Below, piece after piece: positions 1-8,829 of a stretch of DNA of 32,000 nucleotides. The stretch is from Acaryochloris thomasi RCC1774. GTDB taxonomy: Bacteria > Cyanobacteriota > Cyanobacteriia > Thermosynechococcales > Thermosynechococcaceae. The notes beneath the pieces are model-generated. The model did not search any database. It was not told the origin of the DNA and saw only the letters and a list, made by a program, of their open reading frames with translations. The stretch lies in NCBI RefSeq assembly GCF_003231495.1, contig NZ_PQWO01000006.1, positions 60,001 through 92,000 on the forward strand. Direction: 5' to 3'. Made by a program: the position numbers and the translations under genes. The first letter of the stretch is position 1. Every line of letters begins with the position of its first letter.

Positions 1-1204
1 GCCCCTGAGAGAACAGGCCCACAGCCAAGGTTCCCCAAACACCGCAGACACCGTGAACAGAGACAGCACCAACCGGGTCATCAATTCTGAGGCCATCAAT
101 GATGGTGACAGAAAAAACAACGATGATGCCCGCGACTAAACCAATCACCGCAGCCCAAGGGATAGAGACAAAGGCACAAGGGGCAGTAATGCCCACAAGT
201 CCGGCTAAGACGCCGTTGATAATCATTGAAAGGTCTGGCTTACCCAGATAGAACCAGGCGGTGAATGTTGCAGAGACTCCACCAAATGCGGCGGCAATAT
301 TCGTGGTCGTAGCAATGTGGGCAATATCGCTGGCGGCAACACCCATTGTTGAGCCGGGATTAAAGCCAAACCACCCTAGCCACAGAATCAGACAGCCCAG
401 CGTTGCTAAGCTCATGCTGTGCCCAGGAAGGGCCAGCGGGCCGGATTCAGAATACTTGCCAATCCGTGGGCCGAGGATAACCGCTCCCATTAGAGCAGCC
501 CAGCCGCCCACAGAGTGAACCACGGTAGAACCGGCGAAGTCCCAGAAGTTGAAGCCGCCGAGCCAGCCGCCACCCCAAATCCAATGGCCGGTGATCGGGT
601 ACATGATGCCCGTTAGAACAACACTAAAGATAATGAACGAGACAAATTTAATTCGTTCTGCAACTGCACCAGAGACAATCGTCGCCGCTGTACCGGCAAA
701 CACGAGCTGGAACAGAAATTTCGCCGTCAAAGGCACACCGGTCCAGTTCAAGGCACTAAAAATACCTTGATAGTCATCTCCGGTGAGTGGGCTATTATCA
801 GCACCCGCGAGAAAGAAGCCACCGGTTCCAAAGATTGGGGTGCCGTCGCCAAACATAAGGCCAAAGCCAATGGCCCAGTAGGCAATTGTGGCTAGGGCGA
901 AGACGACTAGATTTTTCGCTAGAATATTGACAGCATTCTTCTGACGGCAAAATCCGGTCTCTAACATACCGAAGCCTGCGTTCATGAAGAACACGAGAAA
1001 GGCACAGAACAACACCCACATGGTGTCAAGTCCCACTCTCAGTTCTGCAGCGACTTCAGCCGCATCAGGAGGAGCATCCTGAGCCGTTGCGGCAAAGCCC
1101 CAGAACAAAATAATGATTGCTGCGAAGGGCAGACAGGCCTGCCAAAGAGGCGACAGGCGAATAACTGATTTGAGGTTAGACCTCTTTGGTTTCGGCTTAG
1201 ACAT
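1..1204 (-). CDS. amt1: Ammonium transporter, Amt/MEP family (N-terminal ~400 aa; the C-terminal end lies beyond the left window edge)
   Basis: Absent from the supplied ORF track because it has no stop in the window. My reverse-strand translation from ATG (complement of 1202-1204) gives [119 protein letters not shown]. Around 480-540 it gives [20 protein letters not shown]. Both are hallmark Amt motifs. The frame stays open to position 1. Confidence 0.9.
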   Translation of the reverse strand, partial: MSKPKPKRSNLKSVIRLSPLWQACLPFAAIIILFWGFAATAQDAPPDAAEVAAELRVGLDTMWVLFCAFLVFFMNAGFGMLETGFCRQKNAVNILAKNLVVFALATIAYWAIGFGLMFGDGTPIFGTGGFFLAGADNSPLTGDDYQGIFSALNWTGVPLTAKFLFQLVFAGTAATIVSGAVAERIKFVSFIIFSVVLTGIMYPITGHWIWGGGWLGGFNFWDFAGSTVVHSVGGWAALMGAVILGPRIGKYSESGPLALPGHSMSLATLGCLILWLGWFGFNPGSTMGVAASDIAHIATTTNIAAAFGGVSATFTAWFYLGKPDLSMIINGVLAGLVGITAPCAFVSIPWAAVIGLVAGIIVVFSVTIIDGLRIDDPVGAVSVHGVCGVWGTLAVGLFSQG

Positions 1205-1425
1205 CACCACTGTAATGTTCCTTAGATAAGCGAAGGACAAAGTAGACGGTAAACAACTACACGATGGCAGTACAACCCACAAAGCTTAAACAGCTATCTA
1301 TGAGAAGGGCGTCAAGAGTTTACCTTGGTGAGGGACCGAACTGCAGAAAATACAGCTTTAGATGACCTCACAGTCAGGAGTGAACGGTAGTTGAACCGAT
1401 TCCAGCAGGTCTAGTGCCGCCATTC

Positions 1426-1441
1426 TGTATCAATTAATACA
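1426..1441. promoter_or_regulatory. Candidate NtcA-type operator (TGTA-N8-TACA palindrome) in the divergent amt1 / tab2-like intergenic region
   Basis: The sequence TGTATCAATTAATACA matches the GTA-N8-TAC NtcA consensus exactly and is fully palindromic. It lies 222 nt upstream of the amt ATG and 119 nt upstream of the 1560 ATG. amt1 is a classic NtcA-activated gene in cyanobacteria. I could not place a convincing -10 box (TAN3T) about 22 nt away on either side. Confidence 0.45.
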
Positions 1442-1559
1442 TTTTGTTGAGGGCTGGAGAGTTGATTGTGGTCGGTGATTGTGAAACGCTTAGGGATGGG
1501 CTTGAGCTCGTTGATAAGCTGCGCCGCTGGGCGCAGGCTAACCAAGGTACGGCGGCGGA

Positions 1560-2423
1560 ATGACCAAGGTTTGGGAAATTGATTTCTATTCACGGCCCAT
1601 CTTAGATGAGCAGCAAAAGAAAATTTGGGAACTCCTGGTTTGTGATACCCAACGCTCTTTTGAATACACTCAACAATGCTCAGGAGCTGAAGCGAATGCG
1701 CGTTGGCTGCAGAATGCTTTGACTGAGGCGATGGAGCAATGGCGACAGTCTCAGGGGGTGGCCGTATCGGAGCAGCCGGAGAAGATTCGTTTTTTCCGGC
1801 GTCAGATGAGCAGCATTATTACCCGTGCCTGCAAGGGGATAGGGATTCCGGCACAGGCCAGCCGCCGGACCTTCGCGATTTATCAATGGCTGCAGGAGCG
1901 TTCTTTACAGGTCTATCCACAGCATCCAGGCTATCAGCCGCTGATGGCTCCCCCGGCGCAATTTGATCCGATGCCGCCTCAGTCGCTACCGGATGCGTTG
2001 GTGGGTCAGAGCTGGAGTATCGCAACGCTGCCTTTGAGCGCCTTTTCAGAGATGCAGGACTGGGAGATTGCCTTTAACGACCCATTCCCGCTGGAGCTAG
2101 TAAAGCTACCGGCAGATACGAATATTCCTGGGCTGATCATTTTTTCAGAGCGGGCGGTCCCTTTGGCGGGCTGGATGTCCGGTTTGGAGCTAGCTTTTCT
2201 CAAGTTTTCTCCCACGCCCAAGCCGCAGCTGCTGCTAGAGACTGGGCTAGTGGAACGCTGGGTTCTTTCTAATCTGCAGGATCCGACACTGGCGACTGAA
2301 GTTGAGGCGTTTGAGCGGACGAAGCAAGAGGCTCAGCAGCTCCACTTCTTGGCTATTCAGTCTAGCCCGGAGGCGCAGGATTTTGCTGGTTTTTGGCTAC
2401 TGCAAGAGCTGCTGCCGGATTGA
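1560..2423 (+). CDS. Tab2/ATAB2-family (DUF1092) putative RNA-binding protein
   Basis: The 287-aa ORF starts at an ATG. The N-terminus VWEIDFYSRPILDEQQKKIWELLVCD matches the conserved WE(L/I)DFYSRPILDE...WELL(I/V)CD opening of cyanobacterial and plastid Tab2 homologues, as I recall it. Confidence 0.7.
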   Translation: MTKVWEIDFYSRPILDEQQKKIWELLVCDTQRSFEYTQQCSGAEANARWLQNALTEAMEQWRQSQGVAVSEQPEKIRFFRRQMSSIITRACKGIGIPAQASRRTFAIYQWLQERSLQVYPQHPGYQPLMAPPAQFDPMPPQSLPDALVGQSWSIATLPLSAFSEMQDWEIAFNDPFPLELVKLPADTNIPGLIIFSERAVPLAGWMSGLELAFLKFSPTPKPQLLLETGLVERWVLSNLQDPTLATEVEAFERTKQEAQQLHFLAIQSSPEAQDFAGFWLLQELLPD

Positions 2424-2446
2424 GAAGCACTGACTGTAGCCCTTTG

Positions 2447-3007
2447 CTAGCGAGGCCAAAAGAGGCTGCCCAATGTCAGGATGATGATGCCGAGGGCAAA
2501 CCAGACAAAGCCATTGTCTTTGGTTTCAACTTGGCTGGGATCTGCGGGAGGCTGAATCACACGTTTGGGTTGGGGGGGCTTGGCAAGGGGGCGAGCGGTA
2601 ATCCGGGAGTTGCGATCGCGTTCTTCCACTTGCTCTAAATCAGGAATCTGCGTGAGCCATTCGGGCCGCATCTCCAGCTTGGGCGCTTCCAGAATATACA
2701 ACAAGCGCTTGCTTTGCTTGCGTGTCTCAGCGTAAGGATGGGTATTGAGCTGCCGACAGAGGGTGAGGGCTTCTTCGCGCTGTCCTGCTGCTTCATAGGC
2801 CGTCACGAGAGACATCTGAATCTCGCCGCCGATGCGGGAGTTAGGTAATCCCAGATTGTTGGCTTGACTTAACCACTCAACGGCCTCTCGATACTGACCG
2901 CGTTCAAAAAGGGACTGACCGGTCCGGTAAGCCGCCATCATTTTCTGCTGTTTTGGATCTAGTTCTGAGTTCACTGAGCTTGATGTTCTGGCATTCGTAT
3001 CAAGCAT
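2447..3007 (-). CDS. TPR-repeat protein with a C-terminal transmembrane anchor (last gene of the MoxR operon, BatC-like position)
   Basis: 186-aa ORF. TPR-like helices are present (AAYRTGQSLFERGQYREAVEWLSQA, MSLVTAYEAAGQREEALTLCRQL). The C-terminal hydrophobic segment is FVWFALGIIILTLGSLFW. It begins 18 nt downstream of the DUF58 gene stop on the same strand. Confidence 0.65.
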   Translation of the reverse strand: MLDTNARTSSSVNSELDPKQQKMMAAYRTGQSLFERGQYREAVEWLSQANNLGLPNSRIGGEIQMSLVTAYEAAGQREEALTLCRQLNTHPYAETRKQSKRLLYILEAPKLEMRPEWLTQIPDLEQVEERDRNSRITARPLAKPPQPKRVIQPPADPSQVETKDNGFVWFALGIIILTLGSLFWPR

Positions 3008-3025
3008 TTTAAATGCTTTTACCGA

Positions 3026-4456
3026 TCAAAGACGATTGCGGGCCTTAAGCAGTAGATAGCTATCAACCAGCCGTTCGCTAATGGTATTGGCTGGGGCATC
3101 TAAAACCATGACGCCCTGCTGTTTAAGTCTGGCGAAAGCCACTCTCCGCTGCTGCATTAAATCAAGCGCAACGGACTGCGTGTAGAGTCCCTGGACCTGG
3201 TCTGCAAGCCGCTGGTCCGTGGTCGCTAAGGGCTGCTGCGCCAGAGCATCCACTTGGGGATCGCGCAGGGCAACGCAGAAAGGCAAAAAACGGGGAGACA
3301 GCCGAGCCATCGCTGCCAGCAGCTCAGAGGAGGCAATATCATCAACGATATCGGTCAGTAAAACCACTAAGGCTCGCCGTGTGTATTGATTGAGAACGCG
3401 GCTGACGACGGCCACATAGTCTGATTCCGTCATTACCGGCTCTAGGTTATAGACCTGTCCGAGAATATGAGAGAGATGAGACTGACCGGGCTGCGGTCCA
3501 ACCCAGGTGTGGATGTCGTTGTCGAAGACGCAGACGCCCACGCGATCGCCTCGACGCAAGCCCGCTAAGGCCAATGATAAAGTGGCATTCAGCGCCCAAT
3601 CAAATCGTTGAAGGCCCGCGACCTGAGCCGTCATTAATCGACCTCTATCGAGCAAAATAATCAGGGGCTGATCTCGCTCTGGCTCCAGCAGGCGCACAAG
3701 GGGACGACCTCGACGGGCAGTAGCTTTCCAGTCCAGCAGTCTAAGGTCGTCACCGACGTTATAGTCTCGCAGCTCTGAGAATTCTGTACCCCCTAGAGCA
3801 TGACGCCGCCGTCGTAGGCTTCCGCTCGCTTCAAGGCTAAGGCGCACCGACAGCAGCCGGAGGCCAATTAGATCAGGATAAACGTCAACGTCTGTATGCA
3901 CGGGAAGTCGCCAAGAACGACAGAGAAGCCCCCAAGGGCTATCCTGTCGCAGGGCGATGCCTGTCCATTTGTAGGCTCCTCTCCGGGGGGGGAAGACGTG
4001 ATAGGTCAGCTCGGTCAGGGTATGTGTTCCGATCGGAACGGTGAGGGTTTCCTGATCGGCTCGAAAGTCTTGCGGATACAGGTCGCGGATTTGGAGCTGG
4101 CTTTTGGGGCTGTTTTTGGGTCCGCTGCCCACTGTGATTTTGAGGTGAATGGGATTCTCGCGACCAATGGAAAGGCGGGGGTCACAGCTACGCTCAATCT
4201 GGATCTGCCAGCGAGCCGTGCGGCGGTGATCTAGGGTTGCGATCGCAACCACCAAAACATCATACAAAAACACCAAAACCCAAGACACCCACAGCGGCAA
4301 ACTCGGCATCAGCGCCATCACCAGCGGAATCAGCAACCCCAACAGCAAAAGCAGATAGAACCGTCCAGTCGGGATCGGACGCACTTTATGCGCTTTCATG
4401 GGCCTGGGGGCCTCAGGTCCAGCCATGATAGGGTTTGTTGAAGCAGCAGCCGTCAT
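3026..4456 (-). CDS. DUF58-family protein (vWA-like MoxR partner) with an N-terminal membrane region
   Basis: 476-aa ORF. It carries the DUF58 core motif GGTEFSELRDYNVGDDLRLLDWKATARRGRPLVRLLEPERDQPLIILLDRGRLM and N-terminal TM helices (FYLLLLLGLLIPLVMALM, WVSWVLVFLYDVLVVAIA). Its ATG overlaps the MoxR stop (ATGA at 4453-4456). Confidence 0.8.
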   Translation of the reverse strand: MTAAASTNPIMAGPEAPRPMKAHKVRPIPTGRFYLLLLLGLLIPLVMALMPSLPLWVSWVLVFLYDVLVVAIATLDHRRTARWQIQIERSCDPRLSIGRENPIHLKITVGSGPKNSPKSQLQIRDLYPQDFRADQETLTVPIGTHTLTELTYHVFPPRRGAYKWTGIALRQDSPWGLLCRSWRLPVHTDVDVYPDLIGLRLLSVRLSLEASGSLRRRRHALGGTEFSELRDYNVGDDLRLLDWKATARRGRPLVRLLEPERDQPLIILLDRGRLMTAQVAGLQRFDWALNATLSLALAGLRRGDRVGVCVFDNDIHTWVGPQPGQSHLSHILGQVYNLEPVMTESDYVAVVSRVLNQYTRRALVVLLTDIVDDIASSELLAAMARLSPRFLPFCVALRDPQVDALAQQPLATTDQRLADQVQGLYTQSVALDLMQQRRVAFARLKQQGVMVLDAPANTISERLVDSYLLLKARNRL

Positions 4457-5394
4457 CGCGGTACCGGAATACGAGTTAATAGATTCTGAATCACTTGATC
4501 AATCGAAACCCCATCAAGCTGCGCCTCTGGCTTCAAGATCAAGCGATGCTGCAGCAACGGCAGCGCCATCGACTTCACATCATCAGGGGTGACAAAATCT
4601 CGATCGGTCAGCCAAGCCTGGGCCTGGGCGGCTCGCAGCCATCCCACTGCCGAACGCGGCGACGCACCCAGGAGTAGCTCGGGCTGTTGCCGACTGGCAC
4701 TTACTAACGCCAAGAGGTAATCCACCAAGTTCTCTTCGACGCGTACCTGACGCATCAACTGACGGGCCTGCAGCACTTCATCCACCGTAATCACCGGCTG
4801 CAAATTCATCTGCTTTAGATCACGGTGCTCAAAGCCGCCCAAAACATTCTGCAGCATTTGCTTCTCCGCCTTGGCCTCAGGGTAAGTGACCACCAGCTTG
4901 AACAGAAATCGGTCAAGCTGCGCCTCCGGAAGTGGATAGGTGCCCTCAAACTCCAAAGGGTTTTGGGTGGCAATCGTCCAAAACAGCGGCGACAGCGGCA
5001 TCGTTGTGCCGTCCAGCGTTACCTGGCGCTCCTCCATCGCCTCCAGCAGAGCCGCCTGCGTTTTAGGAGGGGTGCGGTTAATCTCATCTGCCAGCAAAAT
5101 CTGCGTGAAAATGGGCCCTTTTCGCAGGGAAAAACTGCGGCTGTTGAAGTCAAAAATACTGGTGCCCAAAACATCCGCAGGCAGCACATCCGGCGTCAAC
5201 TGGACCCGCCGAAACTCAGCCTGCATCAAATTGGCTAAAAGCCGTACCAAGAGTGTCTTGGCCGTACCCGGCACCCCTTCTAGAATGACGTGACCTTCCG
5301 CCAGTAACGCAATCAGCAAGCCTTTGATCACGGCGTCTTGACCAATTACGATCTGGCTTAGCTGTTGATGGAGGCGTTCGAATGCTGTACTCAA
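4453..5394 (-). CDS. moxR: MoxR-family AAA+ ATPase
   Basis: 313-aa ORF. Walker A is LEGVPGTAKT and Walker B is ILLADEINR. The MoxR-typical segment FRRVQLTPDVLPADVLGTSIF and the C-terminal lid (GASPRS...LLQHRLIL) are present. It sits immediately upstream of DUF58, the canonical pairing. Confidence 0.9.
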   Translation of the reverse strand: MSTAFERLHQQLSQIVIGQDAVIKGLLIALLAEGHVILEGVPGTAKTLLVRLLANLMQAEFRRVQLTPDVLPADVLGTSIFDFNSRSFSLRKGPIFTQILLADEINRTPPKTQAALLEAMEERQVTLDGTTMPLSPLFWTIATQNPLEFEGTYPLPEAQLDRFLFKLVVTYPEAKAEKQMLQNVLGGFEHRDLKQMNLQPVITVDEVLQARQLMRQVRVEENLVDYLLALVSASRQQPELLLGASPRSAVGWLRAAQAQAWLTDRDFVTPDDVKSMALPLLQHRLILKPEAQLDGVSIDQVIQNLLTRIPVPR

Positions 5395-6575
5395 GGTAGT
5401 TCTCGCAGTAGGGATTCAACATTTGCAACCCAGGCTAGCAGTTCTCGGTCACTTCGCACATTCGGCTCTAGTAACTTTAATAACTCCGGTGCTGAGCGCC
5501 CCGTCGCCTCGGCCCAGTGGTCCGAGAGCCGCTCCGCGTCAGGAAGATTATGGCTGTAGGGAGAGATCAGCCCCAATTGAGTCGCTAAAGTCCTGCGGAA
5601 CTGCTGCCCCAGTGCTTGAGTTGCAAACTTTGTCTGTCTAGCCGCATTCATTGTGCTGGCTAACGCCTGGATGTATTGTTCACTGGTATCTTGTCTTTCA
5701 GGTTTAAGCTTCACTAAATTGCCAAAGCGATGATTGTGGCCCCAGATGAGCAGCAACAACACAAAGCCAAGCTGAGCGGCCATAATTGCCACCGGGGTAC
5801 GCATTAGGTACTCCACAAAATCTTGCGGCTTCGATGCCGCGGCCTTCGCCTCTGGTGAGGGATCGCGATAGCCATGAATCCATTCATCGATCCAGATGGT
5901 TCCTCCCTGACGCTGGGATAAAGTCGCGAGAAAGCGATAGTTATCCGCCTGGTCCGCCAGAGCATTCGAGGCCAGCCAAGGGTAGGCACAGCTAATCAGC
6001 ATCCCCTTGCCCACTGGCTGAGACCAAACAACTGACCCAAACCGATCCTGTAGTTCCACTGCTACGTCATCGGAAGCATCTGCGCGCGATGACCCCGATG
6101 ATGTTCCCTGATTGGTGTAGCGTCGCGTCGTTTCAATCTTGACTTGATCCGTACCGGCTTTTAGACGAGAGGTAAAGGGAGCCTCGGTAACGCTGCCCTG
6201 CTGCTGCAGCTTGATTAGGGTATTGCCGTTCGCCAGCCAAGTTTGGATTCCTTCTTCTCGGGAAGAAGCGCTCACATCGATACCAAAAGCAGACTGGCCA
6301 CCAACCTGAATCAAGGTTTGCCCTGTACCGCTGAGCTGATCGTAACTTTTCCGCCATCGCTTCACGGGCTGCTGTTGCTGCTCCATGTAGTCATACCAGC
6401 CTCGGTAACCCGTTAGCGCTCTTGAGTAGCTCGACCCTTTCTGGGCACCAGGTGCCGCCAACAGAATCAAGCCAAAGAGCACCAGCACTGCTAGCAATAT
6501 CGCCACAATCCAAACCGGAGGCCGACGGCGACGGGAAGGATCAGCGCTTTGTACGCCAGGAGAAGTATTGACCAT
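5391..6575 (-). CDS. Membrane-anchored protein, DUF4350-like by position and architecture
   Basis: 394-aa ORF with an N-terminal anchor (PVWIVAILLAVLVLFGLILLAA) and a second TM segment (VAIMAAQLGFVLLLLIWG). It has a 4-nt overlap with moxR downstream and a 1-nt overlap (TAATG) with the upstream gene. The family is assigned from the conserved DUF4129-DUF4350-MoxR-DUF58 synteny, not from a motif I can verify by eye. Confidence 0.5.
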   Translation of the reverse strand: MVNTSPGVQSADPSRRRRPPVWIVAILLAVLVLFGLILLAAPGAQKGSSYSRALTGYRGWYDYMEQQQQPVKRWRKSYDQLSGTGQTLIQVGGQSAFGIDVSASSREEGIQTWLANGNTLIKLQQQGSVTEAPFTSRLKAGTDQVKIETTRRYTNQGTSSGSSRADASDDVAVELQDRFGSVVWSQPVGKGMLISCAYPWLASNALADQADNYRFLATLSQRQGGTIWIDEWIHGYRDPSPEAKAAASKPQDFVEYLMRTPVAIMAAQLGFVLLLLIWGHNHRFGNLVKLKPERQDTSEQYIQALASTMNAARQTKFATQALGQQFRRTLATQLGLISPYSHNLPDAERLSDHWAEATGRSAPELLKLLEPNVRSDRELLAWVANVESLLRELP

Positions 6576-7249
6576 TACGGCACCACCGGACGACAGGGCG
6601 CCAATTCAGAGGCTAGTCGCTGATAAGCTTGCTGACAGCGTTGAAACCGCTCAAGTGATGCATCTTGAGCACCGTAGCAAATCAGCTCGTGGGTTTGAAA
6701 AAGCTGACTCCAGGCTTGAGGTAGCTCTGCGGCCTGAGGATATAGGACCCAAAGCGAGTCTAATCGGCGGAGATATTCTTGATCCGTTAGGGCTGGATTC
6801 TGAGCAAGCCACTCCGTCTTTTCGAGCTGAACCAAAAGGGCCATGTAGAGGGCACGGCAAGCAGTGGCGTAATCTTGCTGTGATTGGGCTGCTGCCGCTT
6901 GCGCGAGCCAATCTTGCAGCGTTTGAGTTTCTATTGAGGTCTGCTGAGTTGCGGTGATAGAGGACTGCCGACGCCTTCGTCGATTGAATAGACTGATAAC
7001 GGCCTTAATGCCCCAGTAAAGAAGACTGCAGACGATTACAACTGCAGCCGCTCGAAGGAGCCACATTAGTAACGGGCCTAGCCAGTCAGGTGCGTCTTGA
7101 AACGTTGAATCTGAACCTTGCAGCCAATCCAATAGCCGCCTGAGTTGTAGCTCACCTCTTTCTGCGATTTGTCGCCTAAGACTTTTAAACTGCCATCTTG
7201 ACCGTTCAATGGGAGTGAGGGCACCGAGAATGATCGACATTAATTGCAT
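6575..7249 (-). CDS. Membrane protein, DUF4129-like (first gene of the MoxR operon)
   Basis: 224-aa ORF starting at an ATG. It has a central TM helix (LLMWLLRAAAVVIVCSLLYWGI) followed by an RRRRR stop-transfer. The C-terminal helical region contains ALTDQEYLRRL, which resembles the T-x-x-E-Y/F motif of DUF4129 and TgpA C-terminal domains. Family call is from memory plus synteny. Confidence 0.5.
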   Translation of the reverse strand: MQLMSIILGALTPIERSRWQFKSLRRQIAERGELQLRRLLDWLQGSDSTFQDAPDWLGPLLMWLLRAAAVVIVCSLLYWGIKAVISLFNRRRRRQSSITATQQTSIETQTLQDWLAQAAAAQSQQDYATACRALYMALLVQLEKTEWLAQNPALTDQEYLRRLDSLWVLYPQAAELPQAWSQLFQTHELICYGAQDASLERFQRCQQAYQRLASELAPCRPVVP

Positions 7250-7283
7250 AGGGGCTTAACCCAGTGATATAGCGGTACATGTG

Positions 7284-7434
7284 TTGATTAGGATATGAAA
7301 AGGGCTGAAACCTGCCTGTACCTAAAGAAGGGGTGCCCTAACTCAGCCAAGTACTGCTACATAGACTTCGACCTATTGATTAGGATATTAGGGCAATTGA
7401 AACGCCCGTCGAAGTAGTGCTGCCCTAACTCAGC
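7284..7434. repeat. Two tandem ~90-nt units sharing a 13-mer and a 14-mer, in the divergent intergenic region between the MoxR operon and panD
   Basis: TTGATTAGGATAT occurs at 7284-7296 and 7376-7388. TGCCCTAACTCAGC occurs at 7334-7347 and 7421-7434. Each unit also contains AGGGC...TGAAAC...GCC between the two conserved blocks, and AGGGC can pair with the GCCCT of the 14-mer. Confidence 0.6.
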
Positions 7435-7546
7435 TAGCGCCGGCTATCGAAGCACTGTGTTTGAGTGTAGGGGGTTAGTCCCCACTGGGCCGTAATTTTC
7501 ACAAAAACCCAAAAATGTTAAGCTTTTTTTAGTCATTAAGGCTTCT

Positions 7547-7942
7547 ATGCAGCGTACCCTCCTCGCCACCAAGATTCACAACTGCACCCTCACGGCAGCT
7601 AATATTGCCTACGTTGGCAGCATTAGCATTGATTCCGTGCTGCTAGAGGCCGCGGGAATGGTGCCCTATGAACAAGTGCATGTCGTCAACGTTAATAACG
7701 GTGAGCGGCTGATTACCTATACGATTCCGGCTGTTGCTCATTCAGGTGCCATTGAGCTAAATGGAGCTGCAGCTCGCCTCGGTGCCCCTGGCGATCGCAT
7801 CATTATTATGGCCTATGCTCAGTTCTCGACCCAAGAGCTAGACGGATTTAGCCCTACAGTCGTTTTTGTCGATCATGACAATCAAATTACTGAGGTGCGG
7901 CCTGCCCAGCATGAACGGTCTAAAGCCCTTTGTGCGACCTAG
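7547..7942 (+). CDS. panD: Aspartate 1-decarboxylase proenzyme
   Basis: 131-aa [32 protein letters not shown] carries the K9, the Y-x-G-S self-processing site (G-S) and downstream [15 protein letters not shown], which aligns with E. coli PanD as I remember it. Confidence 0.9.
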   Translation: MQRTLLATKIHNCTLTAANIAYVGSISIDSVLLEAAGMVPYEQVHVVNVNNGERLITYTIPAVAHSGAIELNGAAARLGAPGDRIIIMAYAQFSTQELDGFSPTVVFVDHDNQITEVRPAQHERSKALCAT

Positions 7943-7981
7943 CATTTTCCTGTTGTTCTACATATTAGCGATCCTCAATCT

Positions 7982-8581
7982 ATGAAATCTTCGAACGTTG
8001 TTTGGCACGAAAGTACCATTACCCGGCAGCAGCGGGAAGCGCTCAATAATCACCAGAGCACCATCCTTTGGTTTACTGGACTATCAGGTGCGGGGAAATC
8101 GACGCTAGCCCATGCAGTGGAAGCCAAGCTGCATGAGCGGGGGTGTCGCACTTTTGTTGTAGATGGCGACAATGTCCGCCACGGTCTCTGCGCAGATTTA
8201 GGGTTTTCAGACGAGGACCGAGAAGAGAATATTCGTCGGGTCGGAGAAATTGCCAAGCTATTCAACGAAGCCGGTATTATTACGCTGACGGCCTTTATCT
8301 CACCCTTTCGGGCCGATCGCGAAAAGGTGAGACAGCTTGTACCAGAGGGAGATTTTATCGAGGTCTATTGTCAGGCCAGTTTAGATGTTTGCGAAGAGCG
8401 GGACGTCAAAGGTCTCTATAAAAAAGCCAGATCGGGGGAAATTGCCCATTTCACCGGCATTTCGTCCCCCTACGAAGCACCGGAAAAGGCAGAGCTTGAG
8501 GTTGATACGGGCAGCAAATCTTTAGAGGATTGCGCGGCTCAGGTTATCGACTATCTATCGACTAAAGGCGTGTTGAAGTAG
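7982..8581 (+). CDS. cysC: Adenylyl-sulfate (APS) kinase
   Basis: 199-aa ORF. It has the P-loop [14 protein letters not shown], then [29 protein letters not shown] and [10 protein letters not shown], all canonical CysC motifs. Confidence 0.9.
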   Translation: MKSSNVVWHESTITRQQREALNNHQSTILWFTGLSGAGKSTLAHAVEAKLHERGCRTFVVDGDNVRHGLCADLGFSDEDREENIRRVGEIAKLFNEAGIITLTAFISPFRADREKVRQLVPEGDFIEVYCQASLDVCEERDVKGLYKKARSGEIAHFTGISSPYEAPEKAELEVDTGSKSLEDCAAQVIDYLSTKGVLK

Positions 8582-8829
8582 GCGAGTCCCAACGAGCCAC
8601 AGGCAAAATATTAAAAAAGCATCGGGCATAGCCTTTCTCAATTTCTTCGGGGTTTTATGTTCTGTCAGTCGATGTATTTGCTTTGACTGCAATCTCTGAG
8701 TCCATTGGTCGCAGATGGTTTGGCGTATTTATAGCAATACCTAAAATGTCGTTTTTTCACCGCTAGAAGCGGCCCTCTTTTAAGGTAGTGTTATGAGTGT
8801 GGGCCTATTAAAGACGGTAGAGAGCAGGC

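Noticed and set aside
261-1019. Track ORFs 261-518 (+), 549-770 (+) and 798-1019 (-) at the left end
   Set aside because: All lie inside the Amt transporter gene, either antisense or out of frame. Their proline- and arginine-rich, low-complexity translations are typical of shadow ORFs. The real frame gives textbook Amt motifs.
3896-5559. Plus-strand ORFs of 60-137 aa (3896-4234, 4237-4428, 4398-4592, 4495-4677, 4825-5238, 4940-5293, 5365-5559, among others) opposite the DUF58, MoxR and DUF4350-like genes
   Set aside because: They are antisense shadows of strongly supported minus-strand genes. They have no recognisable motifs and R/P/S-rich composition.
7284-7434. Possible CRISPR array, because the repeat units contain GAAAC
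   Set aside because: There are only two units, the units are imperfect throughout, the conserved blocks are 13-14 nt rather than 28-37 nt, and there are no cas genes in the window.
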